64,000 bases of DNA from a virus: positions 1-64,000 of the IMG/VR virus record IMGVR_UViG_3300043424_000354; one strand, given 5' to 3'. The notes beneath the pieces were generated by a model. The model ran no database searches. It saw only the letters and a list, made by a program, of their open reading frames with translations, and was not told the origin of the DNA. The position numbers and the translations under genes were made by a program. This document shows positions 28,602 through 38,806 of this stretch, piece after piece; the stretch's first letter is position 1; the number at the start of each line of letters is the position of its first letter.

Positions 28602-30323
28602 TTAGGCACCAACTTCTTCGAACGAAACGCTTGTGCGAGTCGCGATGAAGTTTAGGTAGATGAAGTTGATTGACTTAGCAGGTTTGATGTAGATGTCTGC
28701 AACAAACTCGTTACGGTCAATTACTTCGCCAGTGTTATTTGTTTCGTCGCAAACGACACGGAAGTCATAGATACCACGGCGACCACGAACATCGCGGAGG
28801 AATGGTTCTACTAGCGACTTGAACTGCGCACGAGTAAACACGTCGTTGAACTCGAACAGTTGATACTTAGCAGCAGTCGAGATTGCCTTCTCAAGAACGA
28901 TGAACAGACGACGAACATTGATGCGGTCGAATGCCGATGGTTTTGCTAGAAGTGTCTTATCGCCGTAAAGAACAACACCCTGTCCTGGGAACGACACAAC
29001 TGGGTTGATGCCATTCTTGTAAAGAGTATCACGGTCTGTTTGGTTTGGCGAATAAAGCAACTTTACGCAGTTCTTGATTGCACCACGGTTGAAACCAGCA
29101 GGTGACCACCAAGGATCATTTGTCTGGTCGGTACGAGCGCAGAGACCTGCTGTATCAGCGTTCAGTGGAACGTAGACGTAACTATCGTTATACTTGTCGT
29201 ACTGAACCTTCCAACCTGAATCCATAACAGCGTATGAAGTCGAACGATCGAGAGTTGAGTTTCTGTATGTTACGATATCTGCTGCTTCATCACCAGCATT
29301 GTTTTGCACTGCTGCAAGTGGTGGTGAGAGGAAAGCAACGCAATCAAGACGATCAAGAACAACGTTATCAATAACGTGCTGAGCAACAGCAACAGCATGG
29401 TTGCCCGTCAGAAGAAGCGATACGTCAACTAGTTCCTTGTTTGCAAACAGATCGTAACCTACGTTGATGTCCCCAGATGCAGGAGCAGCATCAACACCAC
29501 CTGCTAGACTGAATGTAGCAATTTCGCCACCAACAGTCCACGCTGTATTGTCGATATCTTCGATTGTTGCGAATGTAGAAGTAGCAGCATTACCCCAGTG
29601 AGCATTACCGCCTGTTGATGTAGCACCAGTTGATGGGTGATCCATCCACCAGATATACTTCGATTGAGCATTGATGATGTTCTTGTAGTAGTTTGAAGAA
29701 CCATCGTTATTCTTAGCATCATTTGCCTTTGAAACAAACGCAAACTTTTCTAGAACAGTTCCTGCTGTTCCAGTGAACAGACCGTCTTCGTCAACAACGA
29801 TAACGTGTAGTTCGTCATCAACGCCACCAACATTGGAAGCATAAGTTGATGTGCCTGGAGCAGCATCAAATTGCGCTTCGTATGCCCAACCATCGTAGGT
29901 TGAAGAGTCAGCAATAGAAACCTTCAGCGAGTTACCAGTTGCACCAGCATACTTTGCTGCCCATGGTCCAACAGCACCTTCGCCCGCAAAATATGATGCG
30001 GTGTAGTCATCTTCGTTTTTGATTAGAACCGCAGTGCCATCAGCAACAGCATTCTTTGCTGTATCTCCGACTACGCGAACCAATTGAAGGTTGTTACCGT
30101 AACCAAGAAAGTTAGCAGCGGTGTGAAAGTGAACTGTTGTTGTGCTTGTTGGTTTACCAAACTCGCGCACGAGTTGGTTTTCTGACGAAATTGTTTGAAT
30201 TTCGTTTACAGGACCCCAGAGGAAGTAACCAACGTATCCGCCCGCAGAACTTGAAACTGCTGGTACGACGTTAGTAAGATCCTTCTCAGTAACTAGGACT
30301 CCTGGCGATAATTGAAATGCCAT
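28602..30323 (-). CDS. 18: Tail sheath protein gp18
   Basis: LSPGV, WWSPAGFNRG, FDRINVRRLF, IYIKPAKSINFI. Confidence 0.98.
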   Translation of the reverse strand: MAFQLSPGVLVTEKDLTNVVPAVSSSAGGYVGYFLWGPVNEIQTISSENQLVREFGKPTSTTTVHFHTAANFLGYGNNLQLVRVVGDTAKNAVADGTAVLIKNEDDYTASYFAGEGAVGPWAAKYAGATGNSLKVSIADSSTYDGWAYEAQFDAAPGTSTYASNVGGVDDELHVIVVDEDGLFTGTAGTVLEKFAFVSKANDAKNNDGSSNYYKNIINAQSKYIWWMDHPSTGATSTGGNAHWGNAATSTFATIEDIDNTAWTVGGEIATFSLAGGVDAAPASGDINVGYDLFANKELVDVSLLLTGNHAVAVAQHVIDNVVLDRLDCVAFLSPPLAAVQNNAGDEAADIVTYRNSTLDRSTSYAVMDSGWKVQYDKYNDSYVYVPLNADTAGLCARTDQTNDPWWSPAGFNRGAIKNCVKLLYSPNQTDRDTLYKNGINPVVSFPGQGVVLYGDKTLLAKPSAFDRINVRRLFIVLEKAISTAAKYQLFEFNDVFTRAQFKSLVEPFLRDVRGRRGIYDFRVVCDETNNTGEVIDRNEFVADIYIKPAKSINFIYLNFIATRTSVSFEEVGA

Positions 30324-30383
30324 ATTCTTCTCCTCGTTTTAAAAACTTGACAATTGCCACTGTCTTCTTTGTTTCTATGCTTT

Positions 30384-30391
30384 TATTTATA
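30384..30391 (-). promoter_or_regulatory. T4 late promoter for gp18
   Basis: TATAAATA. Confidence 0.8.
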
Positions 30392-30402
30392 ATTCACTCA
30401 AT

Positions 30403-32040
30403 TTATAGTAACCACCCTCGCTTATCGGAGTCCCGATCAACAGTCCATAAATCTCCACTATTATCTATAAAAGTCTCATCTTCAAGACCAGATGTTAGTA
30501 TACCAAACGGTGTCAATTCTTCTTCGATTTGCTTCATTTGACTATCGTATAGTTTCTTTCTAATGTCAATATCAGTCAAGTCTCTAAAGTAAGTATTGCT
30601 TGTTACCCATGCAAATAAAACCAAACTCATCACAAGGTCATCAAAGTAACCTTCATCTGCCATCCAACTTCCCTGCTTTTCAATGAAAGTCGAGAACTCG
30701 GAAATACTATCAGCATCAAATATCAATAATTTATTTTCTTCCAATAAGGATTTAAGCGTAAAACACCCCTGACGTTTGACCTGTTTGGTCATCCGAACGC
30801 CCATTTGGGTTGCTTTTCCGAATCCTGGAGATAGATACTGCTTGTTGGTATCCTTCGCAGTTGTTAAAATATTATCATATTCTAATTCGCTGTGTAAAAT
30901 ATCTGCGACTTGTTGTCCGATGTCATTAATTTCGATCATGACATGGGCATTATTATAATCCCTTGCCACTTTGTTCACAATATTTGGATACAACATTGGC
31001 GGAATTTTGTTGTTTCTATATTTAGCGACCAATTTATACGGTACTTCTGTTGCATCGATGACAGTAAATGCCGAGTAGTCGCCTCCGATACCTCTTGCAG
31101 TGTCAACGCCCATTACATAAGTTCTATCTGGGAGAGGATCTTCGAAAATATCCAACCCGTCTTTCATATAGATTGGGTCAATAGAACTCATTGCGCCAAG
31201 AGTTTTTGCAGCGATAAGAGTGTTGCTCGACCCAAGGAAATTACAGAGAACTTCTTGGTTGAATTTCAATTCACCAAGTAGTCGTAACTGTTCTTCTGCC
31301 CAAGCATCATCACGTCCTGGAATCTCAGTGTATGGAATGAACATTGGTTCGAATCCATTGGCACCTTTTTCTGCTTCGTTCCAGAATTTCCAGAAGTGAT
31401 TATATCCAAGAGGTGTTGAAGTCAACAGAATCTTAGTTGTCTGACCAGCAGAAATTGTAGGATAAACGGAAGCGAAAAACTGTTCTGCGACAGTGTTTGG
31501 AATAATCGCCGCTTCGTCGATATACAACCAGTTAACCGACTTACCGCGAATACCAGATGCAGTCGTAGCAGCAGTGAATACCTTTGACCCGTTTTCTAAT
31601 TCAACGTCACCCTTGTTCCAGGTTCTTACGCCTTGCTGCATCCAGATTGGCAGATTCTCATACATACCTTGATAACGAGACATTACTTCTCGAGCAGCAG
31701 CAGTTTTGTTCGCCATGATAGCAACGGTCTTGGCATCTTGGAACAATGTATACCACAGAATACAAGCAGCAGATGTAATAGTCTTACCCTGCTGACGACC
31801 TTCCATCAAGATCGCCTTACGATGATTTAAAATATGGTGAACTTTGCGCTTCTGGCATTCATATAATTTGAACAACTGCAGACCATGGTCAAGTGTGACG
31901 ATCTGACAATAGTTCTCAATAAAATAAATTGGATCATCCTGACACTTGATCAGTTCTTCCAGTTGCTCTTGTGTAAAGGTATGTTTGTAACCAATCGGTT
32001 TTAAGTTAATATTACCGTGGTAGGAATTGTCGTCACTCAT
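30403..32040 (-). CDS. 17: Terminase large subunit gp17
   Basis: GRQQGKT, YIDEAA, TSTPLGYNHF, GVDTARG, DDLVM. Confidence 0.98.
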   Translation of the reverse strand: MSDDNSYHGNINLKPIGYKHTFTQEQLEELIKCQDDPIYFIENYCQIVTLDHGLQLFKLYECQKRKVHHILNHRKAILMEGRQQGKTITSAACILWYTLFQDAKTVAIMANKTAAAREVMSRYQGMYENLPIWMQQGVRTWNKGDVELENGSKVFTAATTASGIRGKSVNWLYIDEAAIIPNTVAEQFFASVYPTISAGQTTKILLTSTPLGYNHFWKFWNEAEKGANGFEPMFIPYTEIPGRDDAWAEEQLRLLGELKFNQEVLCNFLGSSNTLIAAKTLGAMSSIDPIYMKDGLDIFEDPLPDRTYVMGVDTARGIGGDYSAFTVIDATEVPYKLVAKYRNNKIPPMLYPNIVNKVARDYNNAHVMIEINDIGQQVADILHSELEYDNILTTAKDTNKQYLSPGFGKATQMGVRMTKQVKRQGCFTLKSLLEENKLLIFDADSISEFSTFIEKQGSWMADEGYFDDLVMSLVLFAWVTSNTYFRDLTDIDIRKKLYDSQMKQIEEELTPFGILTSGLEDETFIDNSGDLWTVDRDSDKRGWLL

Positions 32041-32551
32041 GGTCTATGATTTTTTCTTTTTCCGCTTTCAATGCTTTAAGAAGATCCTGCGTAGAACCAG
32101 CAAACACAATATTATTTTGCGTGTCGATGTTTTGGTTCTTTGGTTTATCTTCTTCCTTCAGTTTCTTTTTTGCTTGTTGTAGTTTCAGAAGATCTTGTGC
32201 AGCATCACCCGTTGTTTTGATCAACTGACCGACAACTTCATAAGCACGAGGACTGTCGCTGGCAAGTGCAACGTTTAGCATTCCATCAAGTGCTTGTTGA
32301 CTCTTGTCAATAAGAGCATTGAGTTTTTTTCTGGCGGTTTGATAATCATCTTCGATGTCATCGCCTGTTGAAATGATTTCAGGAACTGCAGGTTGATCAA
32401 CCACAACAGGAACCTCAGAGACTACTTCGACTGCATTAGGAGTTTCTGTTGTTTCGGTTCCGAATAGTTCGTCAAGATCTCTATAATTATTGTTCATAGA
32501 CTTCATCAAATTGCTCCACGTAATCCCATGTTCCTTCTGGGGTTGCATCAT
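32033..32551 (-). CDS. 16: Terminase small subunit gp16 (true start probably about 32497)
   Basis: DDYQTAR, SPRAYEV, FAGSTQDL. Confidence 0.92.
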   Translation of the reverse strand: MMQPQKEHGITWSNLMKSMNNNYRDLDELFGTETTETPNAVEVVSEVPVVVDQPAVPEIISTGDDIEDDYQTARKKLNALIDKSQQALDGMLNVALASDSPRAYEVVGQLIKTTGDAAQDLLKLQQAKKKLKEEDKPKNQNIDTQNNIVFAGSTQDLLKALKAEKEKIIDHE

Positions 32552-33257
32552 TAGGATCTGTTGTTACTTGGTATTTCTGTGAATAGTTTGGTTGTTCAAT
32601 ATCGGTGTAGGTCTGTGCAATAGCAGTTCTAATAATACCTTGTTGCTCAACTGGACCATACAGGTTTAGTCCAAGCGTAAAGTTGATAGTCCAAATAATT
32701 GATCGACGTTGTAGATAATCGCCTTCGTAATTATCTTCGTAATTGATCGAGTCAAGGACTATTTGTAAATCTCTCTTGATTCCCATTTCTGGAATATCAG
32801 TTATCGTTACGCAAAAATCAGGATTGAAGAATGGAATAATTTGTTCAATTATCTGTAGACCTTCATCTTGATTCTTTGACATAATAAACAACGACACGTT
32901 CATGTCATATGGTGTGCTGGTAAATTGTGTTCGCAGCATATTAGGATCATCGCCCTGCCCGACTGCAACATTCTTGGTTAGTAGGTTGATTTTTCTGGAA
33001 GGATTATACTGCAATCCTGTGATTTCAAACCCCATTCTCGGAAGAATGATTGCTGCTGATTGCGTAGTTGTGCTGGGCACCTCAGCAATACGAGCAAGAA
33101 ATTTATTCTTTGGGGAATATGCCAGAGGAACGCGTAGAGATTGCACTGTTTCATTCGCAGCATTAAATCTTTTGACAGTAATCTGATTGAAGATTGTGCC
33201 AAAAGCAATTATTGCTTTACGAATGTGTTGGTGATAGAAGTGTTGACGTAGAAACAT
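32487..33257 (-). CDS. 15: Tail sheath stabilizer / terminator gp15
   Basis: FGTIFN, VPLAY, LPRMGFE, QIIEQIIPFFNP. Confidence 0.94.
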   Translation of the reverse strand: MFLRQHFYHQHIRKAIIAFGTIFNQITVKRFNAANETVQSLRVPLAYSPKNKFLARIAEVPSTTTQSAAIILPRMGFEITGLQYNPSRKINLLTKNVAVGQGDDPNMLRTQFTSTPYDMNVSLFIMSKNQDEGLQIIEQIIPFFNPDFCVTITDIPEMGIKRDLQIVLDSINYEDNYEGDYLQRRSIIWTINFTLGLNLYGPVEQQGIIRTAIAQTYTDIEQPNYSQKYQVTTDPNDATPEGTWDYVEQFDEVYEQ

Positions 33258-34003
33258 TATGCTCTCTTTTGAACCTCACCGAATGGATTGAATGCTGTGA
33301 AATCTATAATACCGTCTGCTTCTAATTCGAATTCATCATTGTCTGCTTGTGGATCTGTATCTGCTGTAGCATATTGTTGTAGAACAATCGAATCGTCCGA
33401 TGTATTCAATACTAAATCACCAGATTCCATTAGCAACTGGAATCTGTAAAGATCTTGACTCGAGTTATCTGTAATAGCATCAATCTCATCAATACCAGTG
33501 TCAATTCTCTCGGAACTAAATTCAAAGACGTCGCACTGGAGTTTATAGGTGTAGATCTTACCGAGTTGGTAGAACGGATTTAAGAAGTCGACATACTTGA
33601 TTACGAAAAACGTTTTTGTTTTCGAGAAGTATAGTAAGTCGCCTTCTGCTGGTCTTCCAGGTAATTGAAGTGTTGCGTTTTGTGCAACTCCCTCTTCCCA
33701 GCGTCTCTTTGCAACTACGAAAGTTGCCGAAGATCTGAACTCGAAACCAAACTTAGTGAACAGTTCGCCTTCGCCTTCGAAACCTTGAACATTCTCAAGA
33801 TACATTTCGAGAGGATATGCCTGATCAAAATACTGAAGCGCATCCTCGCCGAGAATACCGTCGAGATTACCAGTTTGTCTTGGGAGATAGTAAACATCGT
33901 GCCCATAGATCTTCAAACTTTCAATAACAAGATCTTCCACCAAACGCTGTTCGCTGGTGGTTCCTGAAGTATTTCCTGATTGAAAGTAGAAGTTGGTAGG
34001 CAT
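33257..34003 (-). CDS. 14: Neck protein gp14
   Basis: GHDVYYLPR, FTKFG, PAEGDLLY, FYQLGK, NPFGE. Confidence 0.95.
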   Translation of the reverse strand: MPTNFYFQSGNTSGTTSEQRLVEDLVIESLKIYGHDVYYLPRQTGNLDGILGEDALQYFDQAYPLEMYLENVQGFEGEGELFTKFGFEFRSSATFVVAKRRWEEGVAQNATLQLPGRPAEGDLLYFSKTKTFFVIKYVDFLNPFYQLGKIYTYKLQCDVFEFSSERIDTGIDEIDAITDNSSQDLYRFQLLMESGDLVLNTSDDSIVLQQYATADTDPQADNDEFELEADGIIDFTAFNPFGEVQKRA

Positions 34004-34006
34004 GTC

Positions 34007-34975
34007 TTATCCCACCATAAAATCGACAGGGAGTTCCGACTTTAGTTGCATTTCGGTTTCGATTGTAGTAATTTCTTCAACTGCCTCATCGTAAATTTCT
34101 TTACCATTAAGAATGACACCACCAGGAAGTTGGATTCCACCAAACTTCTTCATGTTCTCACCCCACTGACGTTTGATCAGTGCAGTTGCATAACGTTTCA
34201 AGAACATATCATCATACACCTGAGTATATGTTGCTGGATCCAGAATACGGTAGCATTCAATAATTACATAATCACCAGGATCGAAAACTTCTTCCCAGTT
34301 TACGTCGATAAACATCTTGTCCATTTTACGATTGTAGCGGATAGATCTATCTCCAACCAGTAGCATATCAAGCATTGATAAGTGCTGCTGAACTTGGGTG
34401 TAGTAGACCATGTCCGCAGACAGTAGGTTATACATATCGTTGAGGCGGAATTGGTAGATAATATCGAACATATTGTTGCGATTGTTCATACCAGAACTTG
34501 GACCATTTACTGGTAGAACACGAATTACACCAATTACCGAATCTGGGATAGGAATATATCCGTTTTGAATATCACCTGCAGTGTAAAAATCACTCGATGC
34601 CAATGCTCTACTAAATCCAGAAACTGAACCTGTTACAGTTTCACCAGCAACGAATGTTCCTTTAACGCTGGAAACTCTAGAATTTGTTCCGCTGAGCGAG
34701 AAAAGTTTACAAGTCGCGCCCGATGTTGCACCAGTTAAAATTTCATCAATCTCAAAAGATGGTGCAGACAGACCGGAAAATTTAAGTTCTGCGGTTGTAA
34801 CTTGGTGAGTGAGGTAAAGACGCTCAACCCCATCAAAATGATATTCTTGAAAATATTGCAAGGCATCGTCGATGCGGTCAGAAACCTGATCATCATCCAC
34901 GTTAATTTCAATTACTGGAAACCCTAGTCTGCGGAGACAGTAATCGATTAGTCCTTGTCTTGATGAAATTGCCAT
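34007..34975 (-). CDS. 13: Neck protein gp13
   Basis: YCLRRLGFPVIEINV, YATALIKRQWG, LPGGV. Confidence 0.95.
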   Translation of the reverse strand: MAISSRQGLIDYCLRRLGFPVIEINVDDDQVSDRIDDALQYFQEYHFDGVERLYLTHQVTTAELKFSGLSAPSFEIDEILTGATSGATCKLFSLSGTNSRVSSVKGTFVAGETVTGSVSGFSRALASSDFYTAGDIQNGYIPIPDSVIGVIRVLPVNGPSSGMNNRNNMFDIIYQFRLNDMYNLLSADMVYYTQVQQHLSMLDMLLVGDRSIRYNRKMDKMFIDVNWEEVFDPGDYVIIECYRILDPATYTQVYDDMFLKRYATALIKRQWGENMKKFGGIQLPGGVILNGKEIYDEAVEEITTIETEMQLKSELPVDFMVG

Positions 34976-34997
34976 CTTTTTATCCTCTATTTCGGAC

Positions 34998-35005
34998 TAT
35001 TTATA
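34998..35005 (-). promoter_or_regulatory. T4 late promoter for gp13
   Basis: TATAAATA. Confidence 0.8.
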
Positions 35006-35006
35006 A

Positions 35007-35255
35007 TCAGGCAATAGAACCCAAGTCTCTGGAACCTGTTCCGCTACTATCTGTTACAAATCCCAGATCTACTGTTTCCGGAACAGTAAACAAATCGGCA
35101 TCATAACTAATCAATTGAACTACTGTTCCGCTACTATTCTTAGAAAAAATTTTACCGTCTGCTAGGTTTATAGCAAGTTCTCCGACCAATATGGACCCAG
35201 AGGCAGGAGTAGATCCTGATGTTTCAGAACGTTTATGTTGAACTGTAGTTGTCAT
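35007..35255 (-). CDS. Small stand-alone fibre N-terminal domain protein
   Basis: QHKRS...P...GELAINLADGKIFSK, similar to N-termini of T4 gp34-like fibres. Confidence 0.65.
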   Translation of the reverse strand: MTTTVQHKRSETSGSTPASGSILVGELAINLADGKIFSKNSSGTVVQLISYDADLFTVPETVDLGFVTDSSGTGSRDLGSIA

Positions 35256-35464
35256 CAGTTTAATAGGTTCCCTGCAGCATCATATACGTTAATTCTATTT
35301 GCAGTGACAGTCGATTCTTTTGCCAGAGGAATACCACCAGCAGTTGATCCATCATGAACAACAACTGTATCTTTTGTTGTATCGACTGTTACTTCTCCCA
35401 CGGCTCCCGTAAAGGTTGCGTGTTCAGTAGTAGTTCCTCGTCTCAGTTGTAATTCTGTTGCCAT
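35255..35464 (-). CDS. Small stand-alone Mtd_N / hyaluronidase-N-like domain protein
   Basis: LQLRRGT...GEVTVDTTK...HDGST.GG. Confidence 0.7.
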   Translation of the reverse strand: MATELQLRRGTTTEHATFTGAVGEVTVDTTKDTVVVHDGSTAGGIPLAKESTVTANRINVYDAAGNLLN

Positions 35465-35473
35465 TGCGCTACC

Positions 35474-35725
35474 TTAGTCTTGCTCCACCGCTGAATAATC
35501 ATCTGCAGTTTCAAATGGCATATTTCCATCAAGACCAACATAATTACCAGAGGGAACAGGTTGCTCTAACTGCTGTTCCAGTGCTTGGATTTTAATTGCT
35601 TGCTCTTTAACGGTTTCATTTGCCATTGTGAGTTGTGTGTTCAGCATTATGTTATCAAGTGTTAATGCCTTCAGTCGTTCTGCTAGATTAGCAATATACG
35701 AATTAATAAACTTTGTTTGATCCAT
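35474..35725 (-). CDS. Hypothetical coiled-coil protein
   Basis: Heptad pattern; GGAG SD. Confidence 0.6.
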   Translation of the reverse strand: MDQTKFINSYIANLAERLKALTLDNIMLNTQLTMANETVKEQAIKIQALEQQLEQPVPSGNYVGLDGNMPFETADDYSAVEQD

Positions 35726-35742
35726 TATCTATCTCCAAATGC

Positions 35743-35764
35743 GGGAGGGGAAGAATCCCCTCCC
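35743..35764. terminator. GC-rich hairpin between the fibre gene and the coiled-coil gene
   Basis: GGGAGGGGA/TCCCCTCCC stem; the U-tract is weak, so it may be a processing or stability element instead. Confidence 0.45.
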
Positions 35765-35773
35765 TATTATATA

Positions 35774-37474
35774 TTAGTATGTTCCACCGTCGATATTACC
35801 AAACGCTGGTGTTCCACCCGAACCGCCAGAAATTAGGACTTGACCTGCAGTACCAGCACTTGTTGCTGCCAGCGCAGAAGTTCCGTTTCCGTATAGAATA
35901 CCCTTAGAAGTAAAGGTTCCTGCACCAGTACCACCATCAGCAACTGCGATATCCGAGGAAAGCGATGAAACCGTTCCACCTTCGATGTTAGCAACAAGAG
36001 TAGCAACAGTATAACCAGTTGCGGCAGTGTTAACAGTTGTGGTCGGAGCAGACTGCGAGTCCTTGAAGAGTTTCCACTTACCGTCCGAAGCATCACGGAA
36101 GAAACCAGAATAGAGGTCTAGTGAACCTGAAGTATCATAAACGCCGAACAGACCAATATCAACCGCATCAGTTGAAGTATTGTCTGTAGCAAGTCCGATC
36201 AGAGGGTCAGAAACAGTAAGAGTTGTTGAGTTAACAGTGGTTGTTGTTCCCGAAACTGTTAGGTTTCCAGCAACAGTAACGTTCGCGCCTGAAAGAGTCA
36301 GAGCAGTTGTCCCACCCGATGACTTAATATCATTTCCTGTAACCGTAAGATCCCCAGCAACAGTAACGTCTGCGCCAGAAAGTGTCAGAGCAGTGGCAGA
36401 AGATGATTTAATGTCGTTTCCTGTAACTGTGAGATCACCTGCGACTGATACATCTGCTCCCGAAAGTGACAGGGCAGTTGTTCCATCAGACGCCTTGAGA
36501 TCATTTCCACCAATCTTCAGATCGCCAGCAACAGCAACGTCGCCTGAACCCGAGAAGGTAAGAGCAGTAGTTCCACCATTCATCTTGATGTCATTGCCGC
36601 CAACTGTTAGGTCGCCGACAAGTGCAACATCGTCAGTAAGAGCAACAGTAACAGCAGCGGTTTCAGAACCTGAACCTGTTACGTTAATTTGGTTTGCAGT
36701 TCCTGCAACAGTAGCAACATAATTGCCAGAAGTGTCAGTTCCAAGAGCAACTGAGTTAGCAGCAATAGAAACAACACCTGCTTCTGTTACTGTAATATCG
36801 CCCGAAAGACCTGCGTAAATATAGTCTGCAACGTCTTCTGCTGTAATCTTTCTGTTTGCAGTTGCCGAAGCATCATAAACAAGAAATTCGTCAGCGTCAG
36901 CAAGTGAGGTAAGAGCAGTAGTTCCGTTCACATCAACAACGATACCAACTGAATTGTCAGAAATTGTTGTTTTGATACCTGCAGTACCAGCAAAAGTCAG
37001 AGTCGATCCAGTTGCGAACGAGTCAGTGTTTGGTGTGCCTTGGTTGTCCGAAATAGTGAACGACGAGGCAGCAGGAGCAGAGAAGGAAAGATTCCCAGAA
37101 CCATCAGAAACAAGAACGTCGCCATTGTTTCCGTCTGTGCTTGGCAGCGTGATAGTAATATCACCCGCAAGACTGTCTGGACCCTTCAGAGTTACTTTGT
37201 TGGAACCATTGCTTGTTCCTTCTGAGAAAGTAACCTTACCTGAAACTGATGATGTTTGTTTTGTTAGAAGAGCATCAACGGTAGAAGTAAACTTCTTACC
37301 GCCAATTGCGTCAATAACTGCAGCGCTACCTGAATCCACTGATTCAATGTAGAGAACAGCATTAGCACCGTTGTTTGCTGCATCTTCTGCATACGCCATT
37401 TCACCTTCTAGAAGATCAGATGTAGTTGGCGCTGTAGAACCTGAACTTCTCTTAATTTGAATTACTGTTGACAT
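35774..37474 (-). CDS. Tail fibre-like virion protein with about 28-30 aa repeats
   Basis: IQIKRS...GEMAY N-terminus, repeated VAGDLTVTGNDIKS.GTTALTLSG units, C-terminal IDGGTY. Confidence 0.75.
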   Translation of the reverse strand: MSTVIQIKRSSGSTAPTTSDLLEGEMAYAEDAANNGANAVLYIESVDSGSAAVIDAIGGKKFTSTVDALLTKQTSSVSGKVTFSEGTSNGSNKVTLKGPDSLAGDITITLPSTDGNNGDVLVSDGSGNLSFSAPAASSFTISDNQGTPNTDSFATGSTLTFAGTAGIKTTISDNSVGIVVDVNGTTALTSLADADEFLVYDASATANRKITAEDVADYIYAGLSGDITVTEAGVVSIAANSVALGTDTSGNYVATVAGTANQINVTGSGSETAAVTVALTDDVALVGDLTVGGNDIKMNGGTTALTFSGSGDVAVAGDLKIGGNDLKASDGTTALSLSGADVSVAGDLTVTGNDIKSSSATALTLSGADVTVAGDLTVTGNDIKSSGGTTALTLSGANVTVAGNLTVSGTTTTVNSTTLTVSDPLIGLATDNTSTDAVDIGLFGVYDTSGSLDLYSGFFRDASDGKWKLFKDSQSAPTTTVNTAATGYTVATLVANIEGGTVSSLSSDIAVADGGTGAGTFTSKGILYGNGTSALAATSAGTAGQVLISGGSGGTPAFGNIDGGTY

Positions 37475-37501
37475 TCCGTTTTCCTTTGGTTATAGTTTGT
37501 T

Positions 37502-37750
37502 TTAATATGTTCCGCCATCAATAATACCAAGATTAATATCTTCGGCAGGTGCTGCTTCCCACTTTCTCGTCGCTGAATTAAATACCAGCGTATAACCATC
37601 TTGCACCGTTTCATCGTCAACTGCAACATTACTCAAATTCTCGAGTTTTGCTGAGGCATTCTTACTTAGAATATTTGTATTTATTCCGCTTTGTTGTGTA
37701 ACAGAAGTATTAACTGCTCTATTTAGAGGGACTGTGACTTTTATTGCCAT
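37502..37750 (-). CDS. Small virion protein
   Basis: LSNV..D...DGYTLVFN...KW fibre-repeat-like segment; C-terminal IDGGTY. Confidence 0.6.
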   Translation of the reverse strand: MAIKVTVPLNRAVNTSVTQQSGINTNILSKNASAKLENLSNVAVDDETVQDGYTLVFNSATRKWEAAPAEDINLGIIDGGTY

Positions 37751-38079
37751 TATCGTGTTACCTCTGGATTGATTACAACAATACCTTCTAGTACTCTTAG
37801 AGTTTCTTCGTCGCTTTCGATTTCTATGTCGTAAACATACCTTCCTGCTTTTAATGCGCTTGTTTGTGTAGCAGTAAGAGAAATAGTAATCTCACCGTCA
37901 GTTGGCGATGATGCGCTTGCGGTAAAACTAGTTGCTGTTGAAGAGTAATAAGATTTTCTCAGTTGGGCAGTTACTGTATAATCTGTTAAATCTTTCACAT
38001 CACCGTTTTGGTCGCTTACCGTAATTGTCAAGGAGTATGTTGTTCCCTGATCAATATACAAATTTTGAATAGTCGCCAT
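37750..38079 (-). CDS. Ig-like virion structural protein (BppU_N-like)
   Basis: NLYIDQG, AQLRK, GRYVYDI, RVLEG..INPEVT. Confidence 0.7.
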   Translation of the reverse strand: MATIQNLYIDQGTTYSLTITVSDQNGDVKDLTDYTVTAQLRKSYYSSTATSFTASASSPTDGEITISLTATQTSALKAGRYVYDIEIESDEETLRVLEGIVVINPEVTR

Positions 38080-38089
38080 GAGAAACCCT

Positions 38090-38114
38090 TATAAATTATT
38101 CTACACTATTTATA
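38090..38114. promoter_or_regulatory. Oppositely oriented late promoters: TATAAATA (minus, 38107-38114) and TATAAATT (plus, 38090-38097)
   Basis: Motif match in the 49-bp gap between the fibre operon and the glycosyltransferase operon. Confidence 0.6.
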
Positions 38115-38128
38115 AAATTGAGAGTTGT

Positions 38129-38806
38129 ATGAGAACCATTGTGACGATTAAATATGGAACAAAATATTCCGCAGCAGACGTAAATAAAATCGTCGAAGAT
38201 ACTGGCAGGAAGTATACCTACGTTTGTTTCACTGACGATCCTACCGATTTAGATCCAATTGTCCTTGCTTGCCCTCTTCCCAGTGACATCGAAGGTCACT
38301 GGTATAAGGTTTGGTTGTTCAGTCAGAAAGGATTTGGCGATATTTTGTATCTTGATTTAGACGTCAGAATACAAAAAAATATCGATCATCTATGGAATTA
38401 CCTTGACGAACGCCCAACAATAGTTTATACTTACTGGAAAGATAGAGGTTTCCCTGATCATGAAGGTGATACTCACGACATGCGGTATTTGAGTAATTAC
38501 AACTCAAGTGTCATGTTGTGGAAAGAAGGGTCTGGTAAATATATTTGGGATCATTTTAATTCTGACCCTGATTACTTCATGCTGAAATACTTTGGCGACG
38601 ACAGGTTTCTTTGGCATGAAACTTTCGGGTTGAATTGGTTTCCGAAAGGCGAGTTTTATTCTTTTGTTTATGGCGCAGACTATTATGGAATTGATGATCA
38701 CAACGAATCTTTCTGTTATAGACCAGACTACGCCATCGCATTATTGAATGGATTAGATCAGTTCCCTGGGGCAGATAAAGAGTATGATGAACTTCGTATG
38801 CATTAA
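38129..38806 (+). CDS. GT-A fold glycosyltransferase-like protein, paralog 1
   Basis: IKYGTKY, CFTDD, WYKV, YLDLDV (DxD), YNSSVM, GDDRF. Start set at MRTIV (GAGAG SD). Confidence 0.8.
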   Translation: MRTIVTIKYGTKYSAADVNKIVEDTGRKYTYVCFTDDPTDLDPIVLACPLPSDIEGHWYKVWLFSQKGFGDILYLDLDVRIQKNIDHLWNYLDERPTIVYTYWKDRGFPDHEGDTHDMRYLSNYNSSVMLWKEGSGKYIWDHFNSDPDYFMLKYFGDDRFLWHETFGLNWFPKGEFYSFVYGADYYGIDDHNESFCYRPDYAIALLNGLDQFPGADKEYDELRMH

